UHGV virus genome: UHGV-0092096
Strand: one strand, 5' to 3'
DNA: 58,999 nucleotides
From: a virus
Below, in pieces: positions 38,672 through 46,727 of this stretch. The position numbers were made by a program, and so were the translations under genes. The notes beneath the pieces are model-generated. The model was not told the DNA's origin. It saw only the letters and a list, made by a program, of their open reading frames with translations, and made no database searches. Numbering within the stretch: position 1 is the stretch's first letter; every line of letters begins with the position of its first letter.

Positions 38672-40416
38672 TATCTGTATCCCCCTCTAAACGGATTGTG
38701 TACCGCTTCGACTCTTGGTGGTTCCCATGTTCCCTCAATAAAATATGCAAGCGACGCAAGGCAGTCAGGAGAGTCTTCGTGCTTGTTTTTCCCCTTAATG
38801 GTAAAAGAGTACAGATTCCTCATAAAGTTCCTATATTCTTGATTTCTGAACCCAGTATCGCGAAAATAGAACTCACGTATAGAACCAGCTTTGTCCCAAA
38901 TTCTCTGGCTTTTTCTCATTGATGTAGGTGCATATTGAGAGACAAGAGTTACCTTATGTCCTTTTTCTCTCAGCATTTCGTCTACTTCGTCTTTGTATCC
39001 TTCTCCACCTTGGTTTGACTCAAAATACACACTTCCTATATTGTGATCAATAATCATATTCACAACTTTTGGCTTTGTGATTTTCTTTTCTGAATTATCA
39101 AAAATGACATCATCAATGTATATGGACCCGTCTTCGTACATGTAAGCCACAGCAAATGCCAAGTAGTCTTCACCTCCGAGAGCCACATCACATGCAGCGC
39201 AAATTCTATATGGTTCTTGAGCTGGGAGCACTCCATTGTAGAATCTCATGTGTTCTTGATTGAATACAGCTCCGTCCCTTTCAATAGGTTCCTGCTGGCA
39301 CTGTGCATACCATCCGGCCATATCATCGTTTTCTTCAAATTTTGCACGTTTGATCCTATAGAATTTTGTTGAAAATCCAACTCCATAGTCATAATCAAAG
39401 TTACTTTCATCTGTAACTGGATCAAGTGCTGGAATCTTCAAAATATCATACCTGATATCTTTTGCCTCTGGATTGTTCTCTAAGAAATCCAATCTGTCCA
39501 TGTAGATATCTTTCAGACTCCAAATTGTACCGTTATAGATTATTTTGCATTTCTCTTTCTTACGTGTCATTACGTTGTTGTCAAAGATAGTCTGCTTTCT
39601 TTTGAGAACATCTGGGTTTAAAACATCCTGAATACCCTCGATAATGTCATCAACAATTAGCCATCCATACGCATCGTATTCGCCGTTAAGTCCGGATGTA
39701 AGTCCTTTTCCGGAAAGAGATTTATATTTTTTCTTTCTTCCTAAATCAACCTTATTGTTTTTTAAGTCAGTATCTTTGATAATTCCTTTTGGGAACACCT
39801 CTTTAAAGCAATAAGTCGGGTCAGTCCATATTTCCATAACTCCATCAAGGAACGCGCTTCCAAGGCCCTCTTTGTATGTTACGTACAAATTGCTTGCTTC
39901 CATATCTCTAGCGCATTTCCATGAAGTCGCGAGCGTAAGTTCTTGGCTTTTACCAACACGGGCCGGCATATGAACAAACAGTTCATCCAATAAATCGTCT
40001 TCAAGCATCTGAATCTTGTCAGTTACCAATTTCAGTGTTTTTCTTCTCGGCTCGTAGAATCTGTCTCTTCGTTTTCTGTTTTTTTCCACATACAGCATAT
40101 AGCTGTCAAGAATTTCCTGTGCTTCTATTTTCAAAATCTTATAATACTGATTAATCAAATCAAACTCTGTCTTATTCTGCTGTGCATAATCTTCAAGCCA
40201 CGCAAAATCTCCACCGTTTGTCTGTTTTTTTATGATTTGATTGACAATCTGCTTTGCTCTATCAGAAACTTGCAATCCGTACTTTATGTCTTTCTCTTGC
40301 TCAAATGCAGTCTGAACCGCAAGGATGTACGCATCAAGCACCTGTTCGTCAATACCTTTACGCTCTATGTAATTTTCATACCCTTTTACGGTTTTAATCA
40401 AATAATCGCTCGCCAT
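38671..40416 (-). CDS. Terminase large subunit
   Basis: Walker A-like HMPARVGKSQ ATPase block and a C-terminal nuclease region with acidic residues (DSPDCLASLAY). Confidence 0.85.
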   Translation of the reverse strand: MASDYLIKTVKGYENYIERKGIDEQVLDAYILAVQTAFEQEKDIKYGLQVSDRAKQIVNQIIKKQTNGGDFAWLEDYAQQNKTEFDLINQYYKILKIEAQEILDSYMLYVEKNRKRRDRFYEPRRKTLKLVTDKIQMLEDDLLDELFVHMPARVGKSQELTLATSWKCARDMEASNLYVTYKEGLGSAFLDGVMEIWTDPTYCFKEVFPKGIIKDTDLKNNKVDLGRKKKYKSLSGKGLTSGLNGEYDAYGWLIVDDIIEGIQDVLNPDVLKRKQTIFDNNVMTRKKEKCKIIYNGTIWSLKDIYMDRLDFLENNPEAKDIRYDILKIPALDPVTDESNFDYDYGVGFSTKFYRIKRAKFEENDDMAGWYAQCQQEPIERDGAVFNQEHMRFYNGVLPAQEPYRICAACDVALGGEDYLAFAVAYMYEDGSIYIDDVIFDNSEKKITKPKVVNMIIDHNIGSVYFESNQGGEGYKDEVDEMLREKGHKVTLVSQYAPTSMRKSQRIWDKAGSIREFYFRDTGFRNQEYRNFMRNLYSFTIKGKNKHEDSPDCLASLAYFIEGTWEPPRVEAVHNPFRGGYR

Positions 40417-40421
40417 AACGC

Positions 40422-40461
40422 AAAAAAGTGCCCCCTAACTCTTAAAATAAAAAAGTTAAGG
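40422..40461 (-). terminator. Hairpin (CCUUAACU/AGUUAGGG) plus U6 located 5-45 nt upstream of the terL start codon
   Basis: A stem-loop followed by TTTTTT on the minus strand directly precedes the terL ATG at 40416. Confidence 0.35.
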
Positions 40462-40512
40462 AGCATTCCCCTGTTCCCTGTCCGCATCCGGTCATGAGCT
40501 TCTGTATTTACT

Positions 40513-40815
40513 TTAATTTTCTCCAATTTGCAATTCATCAACCGGGTCTTTTCCGATCAAACTGTAAATTCCACAAACCGCACTACCACAATATGCAGTA
40601 AATTCTATTTTGTCATTTACAATGATTTCTGAGTATCCAGCAAACTGTTTTGCCGGATGACAGCATTTAAATATTGGTATATACACGTATTTACCATGTT
40701 CCAAATGCTTTTTCCCTTTATCATCAAGACGCCATCCCCCACCATACCATATTTCCTCATATTTAAGCTCACCTGAAACGCTTTGTCCGGTCTTTTTTAT
40801 ATAACAGATGTTCAT
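40513..40815 (-). CDS. Hypothetical protein
   Basis: ORF in chain. Confidence 0.4.
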   Translation of the reverse strand: MNICYIKKTGQSVSGELKYEEIWYGGGWRLDDKGKKHLEHGKYVYIPIFKCCHPAKQFAGYSEIIVNDKIEFTAYCGSAVCGIYSLIGKDPVDELQIGEN

Positions 40816-40825
40816 TTCATCACCT

Positions 40826-40978
40826 TTTCTTTGTGACTGGTAATCTTTGCCCCGTCTCTTGTCGGTCGAATTGTCACTGTATAACCGGAATTCGCCACCA
40901 AACTGGCAATATCTTCAATTTTGCAAGTAATCACGCGTTTTACTTCATTTTTTCTCATTTCATCGTTCATTTTCATCA
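40826..40978 (-). CDS. Hypothetical small protein (~50 aa)
   Basis: RBS GGTGATGAAA then ATG. Encodes MNDEMRKNEVKRVITCKIEDIASLV.... Confidence 0.3.
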
Positions 40979-40979
40979 C

Positions 40980-41171
40980 CTAAAACAGACAAATATGCTT
41001 AAATCCATGCTCAATGTCGTTTTCTTCAAAGAATCTATTTGCATCCTGTCTGTCATTGACATTTTCAAGACATTTCTTCGCTTTTTCAATGCGATCTAAA
41101 AGAATTTTTGCTTCTTTTTCAACTTCGCTTAAAGAATTTTCTGATTTTTCTTTCCACTCTTGAATATTCAT
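40980..41171 (-). CDS. Hypothetical small coiled-coil protein
   Basis: Start at MNIQEWKEK with RBS AGGAAG. Confidence 0.35.
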   Translation of the reverse strand: MNIQEWKEKSENSLSEVEKEAKILLDRIEKAKKCLENVNDRQDANRFFEENDIEHGFKHICLF

Positions 41172-41173
41172 AA

Positions 41174-41365
41174 CTATTTCTTCCTTTCGAACAGTTCTTC
41201 CGGCAATGTTTCTCCCATCCAAACCATTCTTAGATATTTGCGGAATGTAGGAGTACAGACACCCATTTTCTTTGCCGCTTCATCCATTGTAATTTTATGG
41301 CTGCAATAATCATTGATAGCATCGACGAAATTGTCTCTGTCAAGCACCTTGATTTTTCTTCCCAT
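41174..41365 (-). CDS. Small HTH protein
   Basis: KITMDEAAKKMGVCTPTFRKYLR has an HTH-like pattern. Confidence 0.4.
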   Translation of the reverse strand: MGRKIKVLDRDNFVDAINDYCSHKITMDEAAKKMGVCTPTFRKYLRMVWMGETLPEELFERKK

Positions 41366-41403
41366 CGGAACCTTCCTTTCTTCACATTTCCATTTTTTTC
41401 AAA

Positions 41404-41475
41404 CAAGCGTAACTGGAATCGAACCAGTACATCAGGAGTCAAAGTCCTGTGCTCTACCATTAAGCTATTACGCCC
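41404..41475 (-). tRNA. tRNA-Gln (anticodon UUG) with atypical acceptor/D-arm junction
   Basis: Minus strand shows D-arm GCTTAATGGTAGAGC, anticodon stem CAGGA/TCCTG with loop CUUUGAC, and a T-arm ACTGG-TTCGATT-CCAGT. The acceptor pairing needs G-U pairs or one extra nucleotide. Confidence 0.5.
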
Positions 41476-41479
41476 TTAG

Positions 41480-42205
41480 CTGCAAGAAATTTACCTCGAA
41501 AGCCGTAAGGAATTCTTGCACTGCTACGGTTCTTTATAATATTGGAGTTTATTATATGATCGATAAACCACGTCTTTTATTAACAAAACGTTAGTTTCCG
41601 AGTTTCAGCGAACTCCGCAGCTAAAACACTGATTGAATTTTAATTCAAACATGATTAGGGTTTCCCCTTATTCAATCATGGTAAAAGTCATATTCTGCCA
41701 CTGTGATGATAGGTCTGAGCTTCTGAGAGCGACTCTTGGCTTCCTACCACTGTCTAAGCACACATAGGATTGATACCCATAAATTTCACGGTTCTTTCAG
41801 AAGAATATGTTTTGCATCAATGGATTTCATTTCCACTGCAATATCTTATCAAAACTTGCCATACCGCTACTTTAACGAATTTCTTGTGTTATACCCTGAT
41901 TTCTCAGGCTCAAGGCAAATCAGCTTATTGAGAATTTCCATCTCTGTTGGTGGTCTCTCACACCACGAACTAAATGGATTATTTCTGCACCGCAGACGTC
42001 TATTAATCACTGACCACAAGGATTCTGCATTTGACTTCTCTATGATGATACACTGCAAGGCATTGTTGACGGTTTCCGTCTTCACCAATGGAATCACTCC
42101 TAGTGGAAAGAATCAGCTTATCCAATATCTCGAACAAGCCTATCTCGTTACCATTGCATCTCGGCATGACTGAAAAATCACTCTTCACCGAGATAATCAT
42201 GTTTG
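41480..42205. ncRNA. About 720 bp of hairpin-rich non-coding sequence between tRNAs; candidate large structured ncRNA (ROOL/GOLLD class?)
   Basis: No credible ORF in any frame. Many local hairpins (e.g. GTGGTctctcacACCAC). Bounded by tRNA genes inside a prophage. Confidence 0.3.
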
Positions 42206-42207
42206 AA

Positions 42208-42287
42208 TTTCCGTATAAGGAGTCGAACCTCAATCTTTCGTCCGGGTAGGGTAAGAACGAACGCTTTACCAATTAAGCTATACGGCT
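42208..42287 (-). tRNA. Aberrant tRNA-like gene (80 nt): canonical D- and T-arms but a 15-nt anticodon loop and two acceptor mismatches; possible pseudo-tRNA
   Basis: D-arm TAGCTTAATTGGTAAAGC and T-arm TGAGG-TTCGACT-CCTTA are present. The anticodon stem TTCGT/ACGAA encloses TCTTACCCTACCCGG. Confidence 0.35.
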
Positions 42288-42350
42288 TCCAGCTACACTG
42301 TAGCAAGGAAAGTAAGTTATGAAAAAGTTTTTTCTCCGAAACTCGGAGAG

Positions 42351-42424
42351 AGCTACCGTTCGGATTCGAACCGAAAACCTGTTGATTCGTAATCAACTGC
42401 TCTATCCATTTGAGCTATGATAGC
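42351..42424 (-). tRNA. tRNA-Arg (anticodon ACG)
   Basis: Acceptor GCTATCA/CGGTAGC (6 of 7 bp), D-arm GCTC-AAATGGATA-GAGC, anticodon arm GTTGA-TTACGAA-TCAAC, T-arm TTCGG-TTCGAAT-CCGAA. Confidence 0.7.
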
Positions 42425-42544
42425 ATTTCACGGTTTTTGAATTATTTTAATCACTTTAAACTTATAGGAATCAAAACTAATCTAAAGGAAAATGGCATAT
42501 TTACTGCACATAGGGCGCGTACATGAGGGGTGTTTCTGAGAACC

Positions 42545-42800
42545 GTGAAACTCAGAACGCCAAAAGGAGGATTCGAACCTCCAATTCCTTTATGGTATTG
42601 TGGCTTACGACTGGGTGAATCGTCATTCAATTACTTGCATGTCATCAGCAAAACCAGTCTTAATTACGTCAGATTACAATCAACAACGATATTCTGACGG
42701 CACCGATTTCAGAATCGGTCAAACCTACCGGGACTTGTGACGTCCCTTTGTTCATCTTTCCGCTAGTAGGTGGAGAATCGTCACATGGACGAATATATAA
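42545..42800 (-). ncRNA. Structured RNA (~250 nt) ending in a tRNA-like T-arm plus acceptor 3' half (GGAGG-TTCGAAT-CCTCC-TTTTGGCG)
   Basis: Several perfect hairpins (GGGACgtcacaaGTCCC; ACCGATTctgaaAATCGGT; CGTCAGA...TCTGACG; GACTGG...CCAGTC). No matching 5' acceptor strand and no tmRNA tag ORF. Confidence 0.35.
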
Positions 42801-42830
42801 AACCAAGTATTAGTAAATGTCTTAATTAGT

Positions 42831-43079
42831 TTATTCTTTCGGCATTGTAATTCCGAATCCCAGAAATCCGACAAAAATGATTACCGACATAACAATCACT
42901 GATAGAAATGCTTTTACGATTGTTGTCCAAATAATCGCTGCTGTAAGTTGTCCTGCATCCCAAGCTACGCAAGCTGTAAAAATCGGTTTAAACAGGAGAT
43001 CATAACCTCCGAAATAAAGTCCTCCGGCAACTCCGGCAACTAGAAATGCAATTGCCAAAACCCATCTTAATTTCTTCAT
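42831..43079 (-). CDS. Small membrane protein (2-3 TM)
   Basis: Hydrophobic helices VLAIAFLVAGVAGGLYF and FLSVIVMSVIIFVGFLGFG. Confidence 0.45.
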   Translation of the reverse strand: MKKLRWVLAIAFLVAGVAGGLYFGGYDLLFKPIFTACVAWDAGQLTAAIIWTTIVKAFLSVIVMSVIIFVGFLGFGITMPKE

Positions 43080-43184
43080 CTTCTCTCAATCCTTTCTCAA
43101 TATCTCAAAATGTAATACATCGATGCTCTTCTATCCGCTGTCCAGTCTTATGACCAGCCGGGCAGTAATACCAACCATTAGAAA

Positions 43185-43574
43185 TCATCGCACTGGATTT
43201 ACACAATTTTCAGTATCATCACCACGAAGCATTTCTACAACATCTTGAAAGCAATCGATCTCAAACATTGAAACTACTGTGTTTCTGATACCATATGATC
43301 TTGCAATTTCAAATTCAGCATTGCATCCACTAAACGGACTACAATAGCAAACTCCAATGAATAAATCCGCTTTTGAAAGTAGCTCAATGGATTTTCCAAG
43401 ATACCACACTGCGGGATTTTTAGTACCGTCACTCGGCTCTTCTGAAATAAATGTATCAATGACTTCTAACTCTTCTCCAAACATTGCTTCTGCAATATCC
43501 TTCATCTGCTTGAATGATTTCTGAATATTTTCTTCTGTGCGTCCTTTCATTGGAACGCTAATAAACAGTTTCTT
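43185..43574 (-). CDS. DUF4406 / nucleoside 2-deoxyribosyltransferase-like protein
   Basis: MKKLFISVPMKGRT...NPAVWY...ADLFIGVCYCSPFSGCNAEFEIARSYGI pattern (PM-G, NP-W, D, G-E). Confidence 0.45.
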   Translation of the reverse strand, partial: KKLFISVPMKGRTEENIQKSFKQMKDIAEAMFGEELEVIDTFISEEPSDGTKNPAVWYLGKSIELLSKADLFIGVCYCSPFSGCNAEFEIARSYGIRNTVVSMFEIDCFQDVVEMLRGDDTENCVNPVR

Positions 43575-43579
43575 CATGA

Positions 43580-43852
43580 TTAATCCTCCTGTTCTGCTTT
43601 CCACTTAGCCACTCTGTCACACATGATTTTTCGAACCTTTTCCTGAGTCATGTCTTTTGGAAATGTGGCAGATATTAGGATCATGCACCCATCATACGTA
43701 ATGCTATTTTCAATTTCATTTCCACCAAATGAATTAAACGGGTCGATCCAATATATGTTCTCCAACGTTCTGTAATCAAACGCTGCATCATAGCATAAAC
43801 TAACATCCTCATTGGTCTCACATTGAATTTCGTCTGTGTCATATACTTCCAT
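43580..43852 (-). CDS. Hypothetical protein
   Basis: ORF in chain. Confidence 0.4.
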   Translation of the reverse strand: MEVYDTDEIQCETNEDVSLCYDAAFDYRTLENIYWIDPFNSFGGNEIENSITYDGCMILISATFPKDMTQEKVRKIMCDRVAKWKAEQED

Positions 43853-43880
43853 TTCATCACTCTCCTAAATCAACAGCAAT

Positions 43881-44084
43881 CTACTCACTTCTCTTTTCCT
43901 TGTGCTTCATCTGACAAGAAATCATCTGCACAACATTCATTCTTTCTTGTCTGATTCCGTGTCCCTGTTTGAAAAGTTCGCATTCAAGAATCTCTCCGCA
44001 GTGAACACATTCATCGTTGATTTCTTTTCCGGCAATTCTCATTTCTCTTCCAACGCTTTCCAGATTTCCTAAATTATAGACCAA
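43881..44084 (-). CDS. Hypothetical small Cys-containing protein
   Basis: CVHCGEILEC motif. Confidence 0.35.
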   Translation of the reverse strand: MVYNLGNLESVGREMRIAGKEINDECVHCGEILECELFKQGHGIRQERMNVVQMISCQMKHKEKRSE

Positions 44085-44227
44085 ATAAATAAAACTGCAA
44101 GTATTCCGAGTATTCCGAGTGTTCCGAGTGTTCCGAATTCGTAATCAGCTAACGCTATCACCAAGAATACTAGCGCTGTGATAATTCCTTTTGTAACTCC
44201 AATTCCAATTGCTCTAAGCCATTTCAT
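44069..44227 (-). CDS. Small membrane protein containing a tandem decamer repeat
   Basis: Start MKWLRAIG with RBS GGGGAGGAA. The GTLGTLGILGIL segment is encoded by 4 copies of a 10-bp repeat. Confidence 0.4.
   Translation of the reverse strand: MKWLRAIGIGVTKGIITALVFLVIALADYEFGTLGTLGILGILAVLFIWSII
44101..44140. repeat. 4 copies of a 10-bp tandem repeat (T[A/G]TTCCGAG) inside a coding sequence
   Basis: gtattccgag tattccgagt gttccgagtg ttccgaattc. Confidence 0.8.
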
Positions 44228-44228
44228 G

Positions 44229-44426
44229 TCATTCCTCCCCGGAAATACGTTTCGTGATTCTCTCAGCGATAGCAAGTGTCTTTTCGCCAACCTCAGGTAT
44301 CTCATGCAGTGCCGATTCAACAGATGATACAAACGCATCATAGAATTCTTCGTGTTTCATCAGTTCACTTTTGACAACTGCACATGATGTTTGAAGAATC
44401 TGTTCCTTAAACCCGATATCATTCAT
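44229..44426 (-). CDS. Hypothetical small protein
   Basis: ORF in chain. Confidence 0.35.
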   Translation of the reverse strand: MNDIGFKEQILQTSCAVVKSELMKHEEFYDAFVSSVESALHEIPEVGEKTLAIAERITKRISGEE

Positions 44427-44790
44427 GCAAATTGCTCCAAAAGTCTCTTTCTTTGGCGTACAGATTGCTTAGCACCTTGACCGCTGTTTTCAATTCATTA
44501 TTTTTCACCATGATGCATCCGTATCTTTCTTTTGACATCTCAATCTCGCGAATAAGGTCTGATCTGTCGCAATCCTCATATGGGTCAAACGAGAATGGGA
44601 GTGATTCATCCTCAAGGGATTCGATATCTTCTCCGAATGCATCTGCATCGATTTCCTGTCCGGCAAATTCCATCGAACAGTCTCTGAACTCAAGAACAAG
44701 TCCGCACTCCTCGCACCACTGACTTGCCAAACACAGCATCTCTTTCAGTTCCCGTTTACTCAGTCCTTTTAGATCTTTCTTTGTAATCAT
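44419..44790 (-). CDS. Hypothetical acidic protein
   Basis: ORF in chain. Confidence 0.45.
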   Translation of the reverse strand: MITKKDLKGLSKRELKEMLCLASQWCEECGLVLEFRDCSMEFAGQEIDADAFGEDIESLEDESLPFSFDPYEDCDRSDLIREIEMSKERYGCIMVKNNELKTAVKVLSNLYAKERDFWSNLHE

Positions 44791-45106
44791 TTTCCTGATA
44801 TCACCTTTCCGCAGCTCTTACACCGCCAATAATGTTTTGTCTTGAAACTTCCGTCTTTCTGTCGAACAAGGTCTGAATGGTCATGTACTGTATGATCGTG
44901 TCGGCAGAACAGGCGTTGAATGATTTTCAGCATATTGTCCGCCCCCTATTCAATTCTCAAAATGTACTTGATATCTTTTCCATTGACAATTGCTTTTGTC
45001 TCCTCATCCTGTTCAAAGACAATCAAGTTATCTTCTCTGATCTTCATCGAATCCTCTGTTATCATCAGCGTTACTCTCTCTTGAACTACCTCGTATCTGT
45101 GCATAA

Positions 45107-45415
45107 TCAGCTTCTCCTGTTTGTTTTCCATCTCATTGGCAATCCGTGAAGTTTTCGATAGTTATTTGAACCAAGCGTATAACAAACATGGCAAGTGTTT
45201 ACATTAAATGTTCCAAACGTTCCATAGAAAACCGCAGATGCGTTCAATAAGTTGTCTATGTTTCTCATTTTCTGTTTTAGCATTGAAGTTGGTATTGTTG
45301 CCAATTCTTCGACCATATCATCACCGATTAAATATGAATCCTGTTGGATATAAAGTTTCCCTGTTGGTGGAAAGCCACCATACGCATATCTTCTCTTATC
45401 TTTCTCGCCCATCAT
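45107..45415 (-). CDS. Hypothetical protein
   Basis: ORF in chain. Confidence 0.4.
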   Translation of the reverse strand: MMGEKDKRRYAYGGFPPTGKLYIQQDSYLIGDDMVEELATIPTSMLKQKMRNIDNLLNASAVFYGTFGTFNVNTCHVCYTLGSNNYRKLHGLPMRWKTNRRS

Positions 45416-45612
45416 TTATTCCTCTTGCGTCCACTATCCCCAAACAAAAACGAAAATGTTTCTAATTCAGGCACTTTCACACCGCATAATGCACATGTCA
45501 GCTGAATCGCCGTGTTTCTATCTCCGCATTTCTTGTAAAACTCAGAATAAATGCTATAAAACATATCAACAGCTTTCTGCGTTTCTTTATCAATCATCAG
45601 ACAACCCTCCAA
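45412..45612 (-). CDS. Hypothetical small protein
   Basis: ORF in chain. Confidence 0.35.
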   Translation of the reverse strand: MEGCLMIDKETQKAVDMFYSIYSEFYKKCGDRNTAIQLTCALCGVKVPELETFSFLFGDSGRKRNK

Positions 45613-45788
45613 AGTGCTTTCACATAATCAAGGCTGAACATGGCTTGAACCGAATCCTTGTTTTTGAAAATAATAATCCCATCATCCTGAGCAATCTCGC
45701 AACGATTAGCCTCTACGCAATATGTCGCACCATCTGTGACAACATGGTATTCTGGTCGAATTGGTTTAACTTCGTCATAAATCAGCAT
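45597..45788 (-). CDS. Hypothetical small protein
   Basis: ORF in chain. Confidence 0.35.
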   Translation of the reverse strand: MLIYDEVKPIRPEYHVVTDGATYCVEANRCEIAQDDGIIIFKNKDSVQAMFSLDYVKALWRVV

Positions 45789-46046
45789 CTTTTATCTCCT
45801 CCATGATGGCTTTTTGTTTTTGAGTTAGAATTTTGGACTTAGTAAGCCGATTTTTCAAAGCTGTTTTAACCCCCTCCCCATACGGTCAGCGTGTCGAACA
45901 TTTGTTCCGAACATATGAATCTATACGAGAAATACTTATTTATCCAATAGAGTTGACCGTTTCCCATGAAATCCTGTTTAAAATCACTGCAAAGTCAATG
46001 ATTTATTTTAACTATCTGATTTCCCATTCTCAAATCTTAAAAAATA

Positions 46047-46727
46047 TCAATCGTTTTCCTCGATCTGTGGCGTTAGATCCTGTCCGAGCTGTGGCAATTG
46101 GTCAGCGGTCAGTGGTCTTGTCTCCACTTTCTCTCGGCTAACTCCTGGAAGGTTCCACATATGATGCCTGTTAAGCGATGGCAGCACCTTCATGGGATTA
46201 ATGCGTTTATCTTGCAGCATTGACTCAAGAGACTGCTCGTTATCATCCATTATTCTTTTGGCAAGGTCTGTACGTTTTCGACTAAGTATAATACTATCGC
46301 TCCCACTATTATGGTGTTTAATATTATATTTACTGTCTCTGTTCCAGTCGTATAGAGTCTGTTTAGTAATGCCTGTCATGTCCAGGAATCCTTTGATATT
46401 GACAACCTGGCAATGCCTGTTGCAGATTCTCTTGTAGATGTCATAAGCATCCATTACTTTCTCGTCGTTGTATTCTGTCCCAATCTTTCCATCAATCCAG
46501 AGCAGATTGCCGTTCTTCTCGAACAGTGTCACTCTGATCTCCTCGATTATGTCATTCCAGATCTGTGGTGGAATATCTGATTCGTCAAGATCATCTCTAA
46601 TGCAGTAATCAGTGATCACGTCATCGACTAAGGCTCTGAGGTTGACCGGATCAACTTCAACACTTTCAACACTGTTCACTGTCTCAGCTTCTACTCTCTC
46701 TGTTTTCTGTGTTCTTCTCTTAGCCAT
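46047..46727 (-). CDS. HTH DNA-binding protein; candidate terminase small subunit
   Basis: Internal HTH (MTGITKQTLYDWNRD). First gene after leader copy 1. Separated from terL by the tRNA/moron island. Confidence 0.35.
   Translation of the reverse strand: MAKRRTQKTERVEAETVNSVESVEVDPVNLRALVDDVITDYCIRDDLDESDIPPQIWNDIIEEIRVTLFEKNGNLLWIDGKIGTEYNDEKVMDAYDIYKRICNRHCQVVNIKGFLDMTGITKQTLYDWNRDSKYNIKHHNSGSDSIILSRKRTDLAKRIMDDNEQSLESMLQDKRINPMKVLPSLNRHHMWNLPGVSREKVETRPLTADQLPQLGQDLTPQIEEND

Noticed and set aside
41736-42396. Track ORFs 41736..42173(+), 41867..42097(-), 42003..42272(-), 42178..42396(-)
   Set aside because: They overlap tRNA genes or the structured non-coding region. They have atypical amino-acid composition and no RBS, so they are judged non-coding.
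42545-42800. tmRNA (tRNA-like 3' end on a longer structured RNA)
   Set aside because: Only ~250 nt. There is no 5' strand to pair with the acceptor 3' half. No tag-peptide ORF ending in ALAA/AA plus stop.
44946-45131. ORF 44946..45131 (61 aa) as a gene
   Set aside because: No convincing RBS was seen and it overlaps the start of 45107..45415; left unannotated.
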